Position numbers and translations under genes: made by a program. Below the pieces are notes generated by a model. It was not told the DNA's origin, searched no databases, and saw only the letters and a program-made list of their open reading frames with translations. A DNA stretch of 59,762 bases from Gemmatimonadales bacterium (GTDB lineage Bacteria; Gemmatimonadota; Gemmatimonadetes; Gemmatimonadales; GWC2-71-9). Positions 1 through 9,098 of the stretch are shown here, piece by piece. The first letter of the stretch is position 1. Every line of letters begins with the position of its first letter. Where the stretch lies: the NCBI GenBank assembly GCA_031404115.1, contig JANNGX010000021.1:1-59762 (forward strand). The letters are read 5' to 3'.

Positions 1-546
1 GATGTACTTCGTGTCGGGGGGATCGGCGATCGGGGGGATCTCGCGGTCGAGCACGACCCGGTTGCGCACCCGTTGCCGCGGGTCGAGCTGCATCCAGCGC
101 GGCGTGCTGTAGAGATTTCCCGGCTTGGTGTTCCAATGCTGGCCCTCCCCCTTGTCGGGCGGGAGCTTGACGGTGAAGCCGTCAGCGCGGTGATAGGTCT
201 CGTAGCGATTGAGCAGCGCCTGCACCCAGTAGCGCCCCGGCGGCAACTGATCAACGCTTCGCAACGGGTAGCCGAAGGCCTTCCGGTCCACCCAGGCCTC
301 GGCGCCGGGGGCCCACCCGTCCACATCGGTCCCGAAGACCAGCTGGGTTTCAGGTCCATCGGAAATCTGATTCCGCGGCTCAGCGGTCGAGTCGGTGGAT
401 ACCAGCAACAGGAGCCGTCCGTCCAGCGGGGCCTGACTCTTTTCCCTGGGAAAGCTCACGGCCACTCGCAATCCCGGCGCGCCCTGGCCGATGGGCGACG
501 TGAGCAGGAGAAGGGGCAGCGTGGCGAGGGTGAGGGTTCGTTTCAT
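1..546 (-). CDS. Secreted hypothetical protein, first 182 codons only (gene runs off the left edge)
   Basis: Hand translation of the reverse strand from ATG (546-544) stays open to position 1. It begins MKRTLTLATLPLLLLTSPIGQGAPGLRVAVSFPREKSQ..., which looks like a signal peptide. The ATG overlaps the stop of the upstream gene (ATGA at 543-546). It is absent from the ORF track because no stop lies inside the window. No family recognised. Confidence 0.55.
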   Translation of the reverse strand, partial: MKRTLTLATLPLLLLTSPIGQGAPGLRVAVSFPREKSQAPLDGRLLLLVSTDSTAEPRNQISDGPETQLVFGTDVDGWAPGAEAWVDRKAFGYPLRSVDQLPPGRYWVQALLNRYETYHRADGFTVKLPPDKGEGQHWNTKPGNLYSTPRWMQLDPRQRVRNRVVLDREIPPIADPPDTKYI

Positions 547-3275
547 CGCAGCTCCAGTGCGCCGAGTTGGGACAGGTCGTGTCGATCGCCCCGCAGGTAG
601 ATCCATCCGCCGCCACCGGTCCACACCAACTGTCCGGCGCGACGGAGCCGGCCCGGCTGCATGTCGTTGATCAGCAGGTCGAAGCCCAGGCGAGCCCCGG
701 CGTGGTGGCCGGCCAGCCGCTGGTGGCCCAGCCGGAGCGTGACCACGTAGCCGAGCTCGGTGGGTTGCCAGGCGCCATGCACCAGGATCTGCCCGTCGTC
801 GCCGGCGCCGAGCTGCCGAGTGAACAATCCGCCACTCTCCGCGGGAGTCACCAGCACGGCCTGGGGCGGGCCGTCGACGCCCAGGTAAATCTGGAGCCCA
901 TCCGAGTTGATGTCTTCCGGCTCGTTGTCGAGCTCGCTCGAAGGCGCGTCCGCCGGACGGAAGATCATCGAAGGCTTGGACACCGCGACGGCGAGATAGA
1001 GCGCTTCGCCATCCCAGTTGACCCAGGCCCGGGCCGAGAACGTCTCCGGGTCGTAGGGTTCCTCGCTGCGGCGATACTGGTGCTCACTGTCGAGATCGAG
1101 CGGCGCCCCGGTATCGAAGCCCGCCATCGTCCCGTCGAGGGCGGGGGGGGCATGAACAAACGGTGCAAACGCCTCCACGGCGTGGTCCCGCGGCTGGAAA
1201 ATCGGGCGGTGCCGGGGCGGCTCCGGCCGGAGCCCGGAGAGAGCGATGCGTGCTTCTCCCCGCTCGATGGTAGCGCTTGTTTCGGTGAGATGGTAGCGGG
1301 TCACCCCCGTGGAGGACGTGACCTCGATCTGATCGGCGGTGATCCGGAGCCTGGGTGTGGGGTCCGCCGCCAGGGGAGCCAGACCGAGGGCGGTGATCCA
1401 TCGAACCGGGCGCCCGTTCGCAACGACCATCCAGAAGGGCTTCCTCTCCCCGGTCCCGGGCAACCCGGGCGCCATGGCCCGGAGCAGTTCTCCTCCCGGG
1501 ATCCAATGCACGGCCCAGAGGGTCGCTTCACTGTCGGGATGCCTTACCCGCACATCGATCGGCTGATCAGCGACGGCAATGAATCGTTCCGGGTGCGACA
1601 CGAACGGAGACTCGAGCGCTGCCGGCTCCCATGCCCCGTCGGATATGACCTCCATGGATCCGAGGAAGTGCCAGGGCAAGTCGACGATTCCCTCGGCCTC
1701 CTGTGCTATGTCCAGCACATCCAGGAGGACGCCTGGACCGGCAACCAGGGTGCGCCGGAAGTTGCCGGCACGGGCGCGGCACCAGGCCCAGTCTCCGCCC
1801 GACTCAAACGCTTCGCACCAGGCGTCCTCTCCTCCGGAGTTCAGGCCACCCCGGCGAGGGGCATTATGGGCCAGTGAGGAGCGGTACCACTCGAGCAGCG
1901 GCTCCACGTAGGAGCCGGTCCCCGGATCGGGGAGCCAGTGCGCTCCGCCGGCGTGAAGCGTGAGATGCAGCCAATCGGGATGCCCGTGTCCGCCGATTTC
2001 CCGCCCGCACTCCAGGCTGGCGTAGAGGTTGCCCTGCCGCAGCACGGCGAGGCCCTGGCCGGCCAGCAGCACGCTTTGGGGACGCCAGGGAACGACCTGG
2101 GCGGGTCCGGGCGCCTGCCCCATCGCGGTCAGCGCCCACCAGGAGAGCGCGTCGCGCTGATGGGGCTGGCGCCCGGTGCGGCCCGCATCGTGGAGCCAGG
2201 CGTCGTAGAGCAGGGGATTGGTGGTGGGTGACTCCAGCGCGTAGAGCGCGCCAAGCCACGAATCGAGCTCGGCGTCTCGGCCCAGCCACCCCCGTCCGAC
2301 TTCCCAGAGCTCGAGCGAAGGCGCCTCGGCGAGCGACACTCCGTAGCGCGAGTCCCGCCGCGCCGGGTAGGTGAAGTCGGGCAGGGCCGATCGGGTCGGC
2401 GCCAGCAGCGCCTCACGGAAATGGCGCGTGATCTCCTCATCTTCCAGGAGGTGGTACCCTGCCGCGCGAGCCCAATGAAGGCCCAGCATCACGCCCCGCA
2501 GGGCAAACAGGTGGTAGTTCTCCCCCTCCCACCAGAGCCCGTCCTCCCCGAATCCGTCGGCAAGGTGCCCCAGGAGACCCGTACGCTCTTCCACGGCCGT
2601 CCGCGCCAGCTCCGGATCTCCGAACCACGCGGCGATCGCCGTGAGGGCCGCAGCATGCCAGGTCTGCCGGTTGGAGAGGCCTTCGTTGAAGTCCCCGATG
2701 ATCCGGGCCGCCTCGTCGGCCACACGGTTGACCCCCTCGACCCTTTCGTCGGAAAGCCGGCCCGCCTCGCGCAGGATGAACGCGGCCCCCAGCCAGGACG
2801 TCAGCCAGAGCGATTCGAGGTAGGTGGAGAAGAACAGATGCGAGGGACCGAGGACATTGTCGCGATTGGGCAGGGCAAAGTACAAATCTTCGTAGACGGC
2901 GAGCAGCTCGATCGCGCGCGCACCGGCCGGGGCGTCGTCGGCCACCACGGAGATCAGCGCAAGCTCGGCGGTTCGCTCGGCGAGCCAGAGATGCTGCGCC
3001 CGGGCCCAGTGGCTGTGGTGGCGCTCACTGGTGAAGCCTTGTCCACATCGGGTGCAGGTGTGGCGATCGGGGCTCCAGGGGTCGAAGGCCAGCGGCGCGC
3101 CATCGACCGGACAGACCCCGCCGTCCCGGGAAAGGAACGCCTTCACCCTGGGGACCGGGGGCATTTCCAGCAGCAACCGCGCCGATCGGGACCGGAGCGT
3201 GCCAAGGAGGCGGGCCAGGTCGGAGTCCTCGGCGATCCGGGCCGTGAGCGCCTCCAATTCCTCGAGGGTCAGCAT
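543..3275 (-). CDS. Heparinase II/III-like family protein with C-terminal CBM9/DOMON-like carbohydrate-binding module
   Basis: Track ORF 543..3656 trimmed to the ATG at 3275 (MLTLEELEALTARIAEDS). The part upstream is Arg/Ser/Ala-rich and overlaps the divergent epimerase gene. GGHGHPDWLHLTLHAGG...SSLAHNAP resembles the heparinase II/III C-terminal domain. The last ~190 aa (WVNWDGEALYLAVAV...DGLQIYLG...GFDLLINDM) resemble CBM9. No signal peptide is visible. Confidence 0.7.
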   Translation of the reverse strand: MLTLEELEALTARIAEDSDLARLLGTLRSRSARLLLEMPPVPRVKAFLSRDGGVCPVDGAPLAFDPWSPDRHTCTRCGQGFTSERHHSHWARAQHLWLAERTAELALISVVADDAPAGARAIELLAVYEDLYFALPNRDNVLGPSHLFFSTYLESLWLTSWLGAAFILREAGRLSDERVEGVNRVADEAARIIGDFNEGLSNRQTWHAAALTAIAAWFGDPELARTAVEERTGLLGHLADGFGEDGLWWEGENYHLFALRGVMLGLHWARAAGYHLLEDEEITRHFREALLAPTRSALPDFTYPARRDSRYGVSLAEAPSLELWEVGRGWLGRDAELDSWLGALYALESPTTNPLLYDAWLHDAGRTGRQPHQRDALSWWALTAMGQAPGPAQVVPWRPQSVLLAGQGLAVLRQGNLYASLECGREIGGHGHPDWLHLTLHAGGAHWLPDPGTGSYVEPLLEWYRSSLAHNAPRRGGLNSGGEDAWCEAFESGGDWAWCRARAGNFRRTLVAGPGVLLDVLDIAQEAEGIVDLPWHFLGSMEVISDGAWEPAALESPFVSHPERFIAVADQPIDVRVRHPDSEATLWAVHWIPGGELLRAMAPGLPGTGERKPFWMVVANGRPVRWITALGLAPLAADPTPRLRITADQIEVTSSTGVTRYHLTETSATIERGEARIALSGLRPEPPRHRPIFQPRDHAVEAFAPFVHAPPALDGTMAGFDTGAPLDLDSEHQYRRSEEPYDPETFSARAWVNWDGEALYLAVAVSKPSMIFRPADAPSSELDNEPEDINSDGLQIYLGVDGPPQAVLVTPAESGGLFTRQLGAGDDGQILVHGAWQPTELGYVVTLRLGHQRLAGHHAGARLGFDLLINDMQPGRLRRAGQLVWTGGGGWIYLRGDRHDLSQLGALELR

Positions 3276-3291
3276 GGGACTATAGTAACCC

Positions 3292-4308
3292 GTGCCCCAC
3301 GAAGCCGCGCTCGAAGAAACCCTCTCCCGGCCTTCCGCTGCCGTGCTTACGGCCATGGGTGTCCTGCCGGGAGACATCATGCTCCTGGGGGCCGGCGGCA
3401 AGATGGGGCCAAGCTTGGCACGGCTGGCCCGGCGGGCATCGGATGAGGCCGGCAACCGGCGGCGGGTGATTGCGGTGGCTCGGTTCTCCGACGCCGGTCT
3501 CAAGGCGGCGCTCGAGGCCGACGGCGTCGAGACCATTGCGTGCGACCTCTTTGATCGGGCGCAACTGGCCGCCCTCCCGGATGTGCCGAACCTGGTGTAT
3601 ATGGCGGGCCAGAAGTTCGGGACCACTGGGGACGAGGCGCGTACCTGGGCGGTCAATGCGGTGTTGCCCGGACTCGTCGCGGAGCGGTTTCCGCGGGCGC
3701 GGATCGTTGTCTTCTCGACCGGGAACGTCTACCCCCTCTGGCCGACGGACAGCGAGGGACCCACCGAGACTGATCCGGTCGGACCGGTGGGCGATTACGC
3801 GGAATCGGCGCTGGCGCGGGAACGGGTGCTGGAGTTCTACTCCCGGCGGAACCGGACTCCGATGGCGCTGCTCCGGCTCAATTACGCCATCGAGCCGCGG
3901 TACGGCGTCCTCCGGGACATCGCCGACCGGGTTCGCGGCGGCTTGCCGGTGTGCCTGACCATGGGCCGGGTCAACCTGATCTGGCAGCGGGACGCCAACG
4001 CGATCGCGCTGCGCTCCCTGGCGCATTGTGCCTCGCCGCCGCTGGTGCTCAACGTCGCCGGCAGACACTCGCACCTGGTGCGTTCACTCGCCATGGAGTT
4101 CGGCCGGCGATGGGGGAAAGAACCGGAGTTCGAGGGACGCGAAGACGATTCGGCGCTCTTGAGCAACGCCGCGCGCTGCGAGGCGATCTTCGGCGCGCCG
4201 GAGACCGGGATCTCCGAGATGATCGATCGGGTGGCGGAGTGGGTGGAGCAGGGCGGGCGCTCGCTGCACAAGCCCACTCATTTCGAGTCCCGGGACGGGA
4301 AGTTCTGA
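3292..4308 (+). CDS. NAD-dependent epimerase/dehydratase family protein
   Basis: Rossmann motif LLGAGGKMGP near the N-terminus, SDR-like length, divergent from the lyase-like gene. The start is uncertain: GTG 3292 as in the track, or ATG 3355 (MGVLPGDIMLLGAGG). Confidence 0.75.
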   Translation: MPHEAALEETLSRPSAAVLTAMGVLPGDIMLLGAGGKMGPSLARLARRASDEAGNRRRVIAVARFSDAGLKAALEADGVETIACDLFDRAQLAALPDVPNLVYMAGQKFGTTGDEARTWAVNAVLPGLVAERFPRARIVVFSTGNVYPLWPTDSEGPTETDPVGPVGDYAESALARERVLEFYSRRNRTPMALLRLNYAIEPRYGVLRDIADRVRGGLPVCLTMGRVNLIWQRDANAIALRSLAHCASPPLVLNVAGRHSHLVRSLAMEFGRRWGKEPEFEGREDDSALLSNAARCEAIFGAPETGISEMIDRVAEWVEQGGRSLHKPTHFESRDGKF

Positions 4309-5339
4309 TGACTGACAAGAACCTGCTCCGTCGGCTTCGCCAGGGCGTCGTCATTCCGGCCCATCCGCTCGCGCTGACCGCCGCGCGGAAACTGGACGAG
4401 CGCCGCCAGCGGGCCCTGACGCGCTATTACCTCGACGCCGGCGCCGGCGGCATTGCGGTCGGCGTGCACACCACCCAGTTCGGCATTCGGCATCCCAAGG
4501 TGGCACTCGATCGGCCGGTGCTCGAGCTTGCGGCGGAGACCGCGCGCGAATGGGAGGCGGTGCATGACCGACCGGTGATCATGGTGGCCGGGGTGATCGG
4601 CCGGACCAGGCAGGCGGATCGCGAAGCGCAAACCGCGCGCGACCTGGGCTATCACATGGGACTACTCGGGCTCGGCGCCCTCGCCTAAGCGACTGACGCC
4701 GAGCTCATCGCACATGCGCGGCGGGTGGGGGAAATACTCCCGCTGATGGGCTTCTACCTCCAGCCGGCGGTGGGCGGCCGGCGGCTGGCCTACTCGTTCT
4801 GGCGCCGCTTCGTCGAGCTCGAGAGCGTCGTGGCGATCAAGATTGCGCCGTTCAACCGCTACGACACGCTGGACGTGGTCCGCGCGGTGGTGGATGCGGG
4901 GAAGCAGCGGGAGATCGCGCTCTACACCGGAAACGACGACAGCATCGTGATCGATCTGCTCACCCGGTACCCGGGCGGCATCCGCATGGTTGGCGGGCTC
5001 CTGGGACACTGGGCGTACTGGACCCGGAAAGCGGTGAGGCTGCTGGAACGCACCCGGCCGTCATCGCGAGCGCAGCGAAGCGATCTCCTCACCCTTGCCG
5101 CGCAGACCACCGACGCCAATGGCGCCATCTTCGACGCGGCCCACGGATTTCGCGGCTGCATTCCGGGCATCCACGAGGTGCTCCGACGCCAGGGGCTGCT
5201 TCGGGGGCGGTGGTGCCTGGATCCGAAGGAGGAGCTGTCGCCGCGCCAGGCGAAGGAGATCGACCGGGTGTGCCGGGCCTATCCGCACCTCGCTGACGAC
5301 GATTTCGTGAAGGAGCGGCTGGACGGTTGGCTTCGCTAG
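4308..5339 (+). pseudogene. Dihydrodipicolinate synthase/aldolase (DapA-like) family gene interrupted by one in-frame TAA (4686-4688)
   Basis: Track ORFs ending at 4688 and starting at 4725 are in the same frame (4725-4308 = 417). Reading through gives ...GYHMGLLGLGALA*ATDAELIAHARRVGEILPLMGFYLQPAVGG..., a continuous DapA-like fold. The ATG at 4308 overlaps the epimerase stop (TGATG). Confidence 0.6.
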
Positions 5340-6127
5340 CGACGGGCTCCCGGGTCACTCTCCCGGAACGCCTTGAGGTTGCCCGATTCGACCAGCGCCC
5401 GATTCGCCGGCGTAATCTCCAGCAAGTCCAGCTTTGCCACACTGTTTTCCGGGAGCCGGAGCGGCATTCCCGTGCCGAACGTGAATCGCTCGAGCCCCAC
5501 CGTCCGCAGCAGCAGCGCCAGGTGATCCTCGGGCGGGCCCCAGATCCAGCAGATGTCCCACAGAATTCGCGCCGCTTCCTGGGGCGTTGAGCCAAAGTGG
5601 ACTTGCTCGATGAATTCGCGATCGGCGTGGGTCACGATCAGGCGCACCTTTGAGTCCGCGCGGATAATCGCGCGCACAGCGGCGGGCGTGAGCTCGGGCG
5701 CGTGATCGTGGGGATGGCGTTGCCGCCCGTCCTCCAGCCGCACCGCCATCATGAGCGGCAGGCCGACCTCGCCGCACGCCCCAGCCAGGGTCCGCATCTC
5801 GCCACCTTCCGGATCCACCCCGTAGAACGATGGATCGGCGCGAACACATGGCGCCTCCCGCTTCACCGCCTCGTCGAGGCTGTTTTTCCAGTTGGCAAGC
5901 CCCGGGTGCACCGCCGGCACCGGCCGGAACCGCGGCTGTTGGGCGGCGGCCAGGTAGACCACCGAGTTCCCCTCGGTGGGATCCTTCCAGAAGATCGCCG
6001 AGAGATTGGAGAGCCAGGCCCGGTCGATGCCGATGCGGTCCATGGTCTCCAGCAGGGAAGCGGGCGAGCCGCCGGGCACCTTCCGGAAGGCGTACCGTCC
6101 CAGAAATGCGTTGACGTCGATGCGCAT
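5336..6127 (-). CDS. Amidohydrolase-2-like protein lacking the N-terminal HxH metal motif
   Basis: Track ORF 5336..6562 trimmed to ATG 6127 (MRIDVNAFLGRYAFRK), 2 nt downstream of the stop of the preceding gene. TIM-barrel hydrolase-like length and C-terminal pattern. The first strand reads IDVNAF instead of the usual (I/V)DxHxH. Confidence 0.6.
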   Translation of the reverse strand: MRIDVNAFLGRYAFRKVPGGSPASLLETMDRIGIDRAWLSNLSAIFWKDPTEGNSVVYLAAAQQPRFRPVPAVHPGLANWKNSLDEAVKREAPCVRADPSFYGVDPEGGEMRTLAGACGEVGLPLMMAVRLEDGRQRHPHDHAPELTPAAVRAIIRADSKVRLIVTHADREFIEQVHFGSTPQEAARILWDICWIWGPPEDHLALLLRTVGLERFTFGTGMPLRLPENSVAKLDLLEITPANRALVESGNLKAFRESDPGARR

Positions 6128-6129
6128 GG

Positions 6130-6933
6130 TCAGCCGGCTCCGAAGCTGTCTTTGGGGAAGATGGCCGCGGCGTTTCGCCAGCGGATGCGCTCGATCTGCT
6201 CGTGGGAGAGCAGGTACGTCAGATATCGGAGCTTGGCCAGGCCGGTGTCGAGCGTGAGGTCGGCGCCCCAGAGCATGCGGCCCGGGCCGACCGCGTCCAG
6301 ACAGGTTTCGACCATGCCCCCGTCGACTCCGCTTCCCGACAGGTCCACGTACACGTTCGGCACCCCGCGAACGGCGTGGAGCGAATGGAGCCAGTCCCCG
6401 CCGCCGCCGATGTGTGCGAGAATGAAGGCCACTTCGGGGTGCCGGCGTGCCAGGGTGCAGAGCTCCACGGCGTCCGAGGCTTCCTGACCGGGCCAATCCT
6501 TCCGCCGGTGCTGCCAGATGTGCTGGAGAATCGGCACCCCGTGCTGCCGGGCCGCCACGCAAATCGGGTCGAGGAGCGGATGGTCGGCCCGCCGGCTGGC
6601 CGCGAGCTTGATACCGATCATACCCGCCGCAAGGCCGCGGCTGATTTCTTCAAGCGCGTGGTCGGTGTAGTTCGGGTTGACGCAGGCGTAGCTCCGGATC
6701 TTCCCCGGATGCTGGCGAGTCAACGCGAGCATCGCATCGTTGCCGGATATCACATCGTCGGGAGAGGGGAAATAGGTGGGCGAGGTCCGTCCCCAGGTCC
6801 CGAGGATCGACGCGACGTGACAGGTGATGCCGATGCGTTCTCCGGCGGCGAGCCGGCTGGCGTTTCGCTCGGCCCAGTCGGCTCGCGAGCCTCCGGGATA
6901 GTGGAAATGGGCGTGGACGTCGACCAGCGTCAT
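6130..6933 (-). CDS. Amidohydrolase-2 family metal-dependent hydrolase
   Basis: Trimmed to ATG 6933 (MTLVDVHAHFHYPGG, HxH motif present), which overlaps the aminotransferase stop (ATGA 6930-6933). Confidence 0.7.
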   Translation of the reverse strand: MTLVDVHAHFHYPGGSRADWAERNASRLAAGERIGITCHVASILGTWGRTSPTYFPSPDDVISGNDAMLALTRQHPGKIRSYACVNPNYTDHALEEISRGLAAGMIGIKLAASRRADHPLLDPICVAARQHGVPILQHIWQHRRKDWPGQEASDAVELCTLARRHPEVAFILAHIGGGGDWLHSLHAVRGVPNVYVDLSGSGVDGGMVETCLDAVGPGRMLWGADLTLDTGLAKLRYLTYLLSHEQIERIRWRNAAAIFPKDSFGAG

Positions 6934-8084
6934 GTGAGCCCGCGCAGCACACCGTCGAGCGTGCTCAGCGCCCCCCGGATGTCCGTATCGCTGTGAGCCA
7001 TGGATACGAAGTTGTAGGCGTTCCGCTTGAAGAGCAGTCCGCGCCGGGCGCAGGCCCGCGCCGCGCGCTCTGACATGCCGTCCTCGACAAACCGGAGAAA
7101 GCACATCTCGGGTATGCCACCCACCGATGCCACCCGGCTGGAGTGGACCTCCGCCAGTCGCTCGAGCCCTCGGAACAATTGTCCGCCCCCGGCCGCCAGA
7201 CGGTCCGGCAATGCTTTCAGGCGCGCGACCTCGAGGGTGGCGCGAGCGGCGGCGAGCGATACGAATTCCGTGGCCATGGTGGAGGAGATCCAGGTGCGCT
7301 GCACCTGCCGCATGATCTCCCTGCGTCCACCGACCGCGGCAAGCGGAAACCCGTTGGCCATTGCCTTGCCGAGCACGATCAAGTCCGGCTCACCCCCCCA
7401 TCGGGCCCCGGCGCCCCCGAGCGACACGCGGAACGCGGTCTTGATCTCGTCGAAGACCAGCACCGCGCCGATGCGACGGGTCTCTTCCCTGAGGGCGCGC
7501 AGCCATTCGGGCTTGGGCGCCGACTCGACCACCGGCTCCACCACCACGCAGGCGAGCGCGTCTCCCGCCTGGCGGATCAGCGCCCCCCCCCGCTCCGGAT
7601 CGTTGAACGGCAGCTCGCTGTAGAGCGCGGAGATGGATTCCGGCACCCCGGCGCCGTTGGCGCACCAGTCGAGCCAGCCGTGATATCCGCAGCCCATCAC
7701 GCGGTCCCGGCCGGTGAAGGTTCTGGCTAACCGGACCGCGGCGGCCACCGCCTCGGCGCCGGTCTTGAGGAAGCGGACTTCCTCGATCGCGGGGATCATC
7801 GCCGCGAGCTCCTGTCCCAGAAGCTCCTCTTCCACCGGCGCCAGCGGACCGATCGCTCCCCGATTCAGCGCGTCCACCGCGGCGGCGGTCACATCGGGGT
7901 GGCCATAGCCCAGCGAGACGGCACCCAACCCCATGATGAAGTCGAGGTACTCCCGGCCTTCCTCATCCCATACCCGGGCACCCGCGCTCCTGGACATTCG
8001 ACTGGGGAGGCCGTCGTGCTCGCCGCCGCCGAACAGGGCATCGGGCCGCTTGCTGCCCGTGGACGTGAACCCGGAGATTCTCAC
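6930..8084 (-). CDS. Class-III (glutamate-1-semialdehyde aminomutase-like) PLP aminotransferase
   Basis: FDEIKTAFRVSLGG...LIVLGKAMANGFPLAAVGG (PLP-lysine region) and GLGAVSLGYGHPDV. The likely start is GTG 8084, overlapping the kinase stop (GTGA). The track start 8120 is an alternative. Confidence 0.75.
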   Translation of the reverse strand: MRISGFTSTGSKRPDALFGGGEHDGLPSRMSRSAGARVWDEEGREYLDFIMGLGAVSLGYGHPDVTAAAVDALNRGAIGPLAPVEEELLGQELAAMIPAIEEVRFLKTGAEAVAAAVRLARTFTGRDRVMGCGYHGWLDWCANGAGVPESISALYSELPFNDPERGGALIRQAGDALACVVVEPVVESAPKPEWLRALREETRRIGAVLVFDEIKTAFRVSLGGAGARWGGEPDLIVLGKAMANGFPLAAVGGRREIMRQVQRTWISSTMATEFVSLAAARATLEVARLKALPDRLAAGGGQLFRGLERLAEVHSSRVASVGGIPEMCFLRFVEDGMSERAARACARRGLLFKRNAYNFVSMAHSDTDIRGALSTLDGVLRGLT

Positions 8085-9088
8085 TGTTCTTGCGCCACAA
8101 TGACCCCCTCGAGCGCCCATTGGCAGGGGAGTACCTGCGCACCGGCCCCCGTGGCGGCACGGACTGCCGGCCCGGGATCCTCGACCACGAAGAACATCGA
8201 TCCGCCCGCGCCCGCCCCGGCTGCCTTGCCGCCGTGTGATCCTGCCCCGCTCATCGCGGTCTCCAGCGTGGCCATCCCGCTGGTCCGCATGGCGGCGTCG
8301 AGCCGCTGCTGCTCGAGCCAGTTGTCCCTGAGCAGGTGGGCCACCCGGCGAAGCTGTGCGGCCTCCAGCGCCTCCGCCATTTCTTCGGCGAGATCCACCA
8401 GCGCCCGCAGCGCGCTCGTCACCGTTTCATCGCCCCGTTCATAGGCCCCGGTGACCCGCTCGATGGCCCTCGATGATACCCGGGAAACTCCGGTGTAGCA
8501 GATCAGAGTACGCCGTGCCAGCTCCGAGGCGAAGGCCGGATCGACTGCCAGCGGCTGCACGGTGACGGTGCCGCGCTCGAACGTGAACTTGTGAAATCCG
8601 CCGAACACTGCGGCATACTGGTCCTGCCTGCCTCCCGGCAGCGCGGCGTCCACCGACTCCAGGAAGAACGCCTGCTCGGCCAGCTCCGCCCGGGTTCGCT
8701 CGATGCCTCGCGCGGCGTCGAGCGCGGCGGTCAGCGCCACGTCGAGCGCGCCGGAGCTGCCGAGCCCCGATCCCGGAGGCGCGGCGGAGCGGGTGCGCAG
8801 GGCGCAGAAGCCGATTTCGGAGCGCCGGAGGGCCGCCTTGAGAAGGCCGAGACCGCCGGTCGCCGCAAGGGCTTCCGGGCCACCGAGCGACTGGGATTCC
8901 CCCAGATCCTCCGAATGGAGCAGGTAGCAATCTCCCCCGAGGCGCACCTCGGCGTAGGCTCGAAGCTCGATGGCCGCGTTGACCACCACTCCGCGCTCCC
9001 GGATCGGGAACGGCGCCACGTCGGTCCAGCCACCGGCAAAGTCGAGACGCACCGGGGCGCTGGCGCGGAAGACCGGGTTACTGGTCAC
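8081..9088 (-). CDS. GHMP-family sugar kinase (heptose-7-phosphate/fucose kinase-like)
   Basis: N-terminal APVRLDFAGGWTDV and GHMP motif PPGSGLGSSGALDVAL. GTG start at 9088, 10 nt downstream of the binding-protein stop. Confidence 0.75.
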   Translation of the reverse strand: MTSNPVFRASAPVRLDFAGGWTDVAPFPIRERGVVVNAAIELRAYAEVRLGGDCYLLHSEDLGESQSLGGPEALAATGGLGLLKAALRRSEIGFCALRTRSAAPPGSGLGSSGALDVALTAALDAARGIERTRAELAEQAFFLESVDAALPGGRQDQYAAVFGGFHKFTFERGTVTVQPLAVDPAFASELARRTLICYTGVSRVSSRAIERVTGAYERGDETVTSALRALVDLAEEMAEALEAAQLRRVAHLLRDNWLEQQRLDAAMRTSGMATLETAMSGAGSHGGKAAGAGAGGSMFFVVEDPGPAVRAATGAGAQVLPCQWALEGVIVAQEQ

Positions 9089-9098
9089 AGGTCGCTGG

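Noticed and set aside
3276-3656. N-terminal extensions of several track ORFs (543..3656, 5336..6562, 6130..7104, 14732..16249, 20711..21937, 36210..39647, 48315..52280, 51968..55159)
   Set aside because: In each case an internal start codon sits exactly at or 1-4 nt from the stop of the upstream gene and is followed by a family-typical N-terminus. The extension overlaps a better-supported neighbouring gene and is compositionally junk.
4686-4688. In-frame stop as a selenocysteine or pyrrolysine recoding site
   Set aside because: The codon is TAA, not TGA or TAG, and I see no SECIS-like hairpin immediately downstream.
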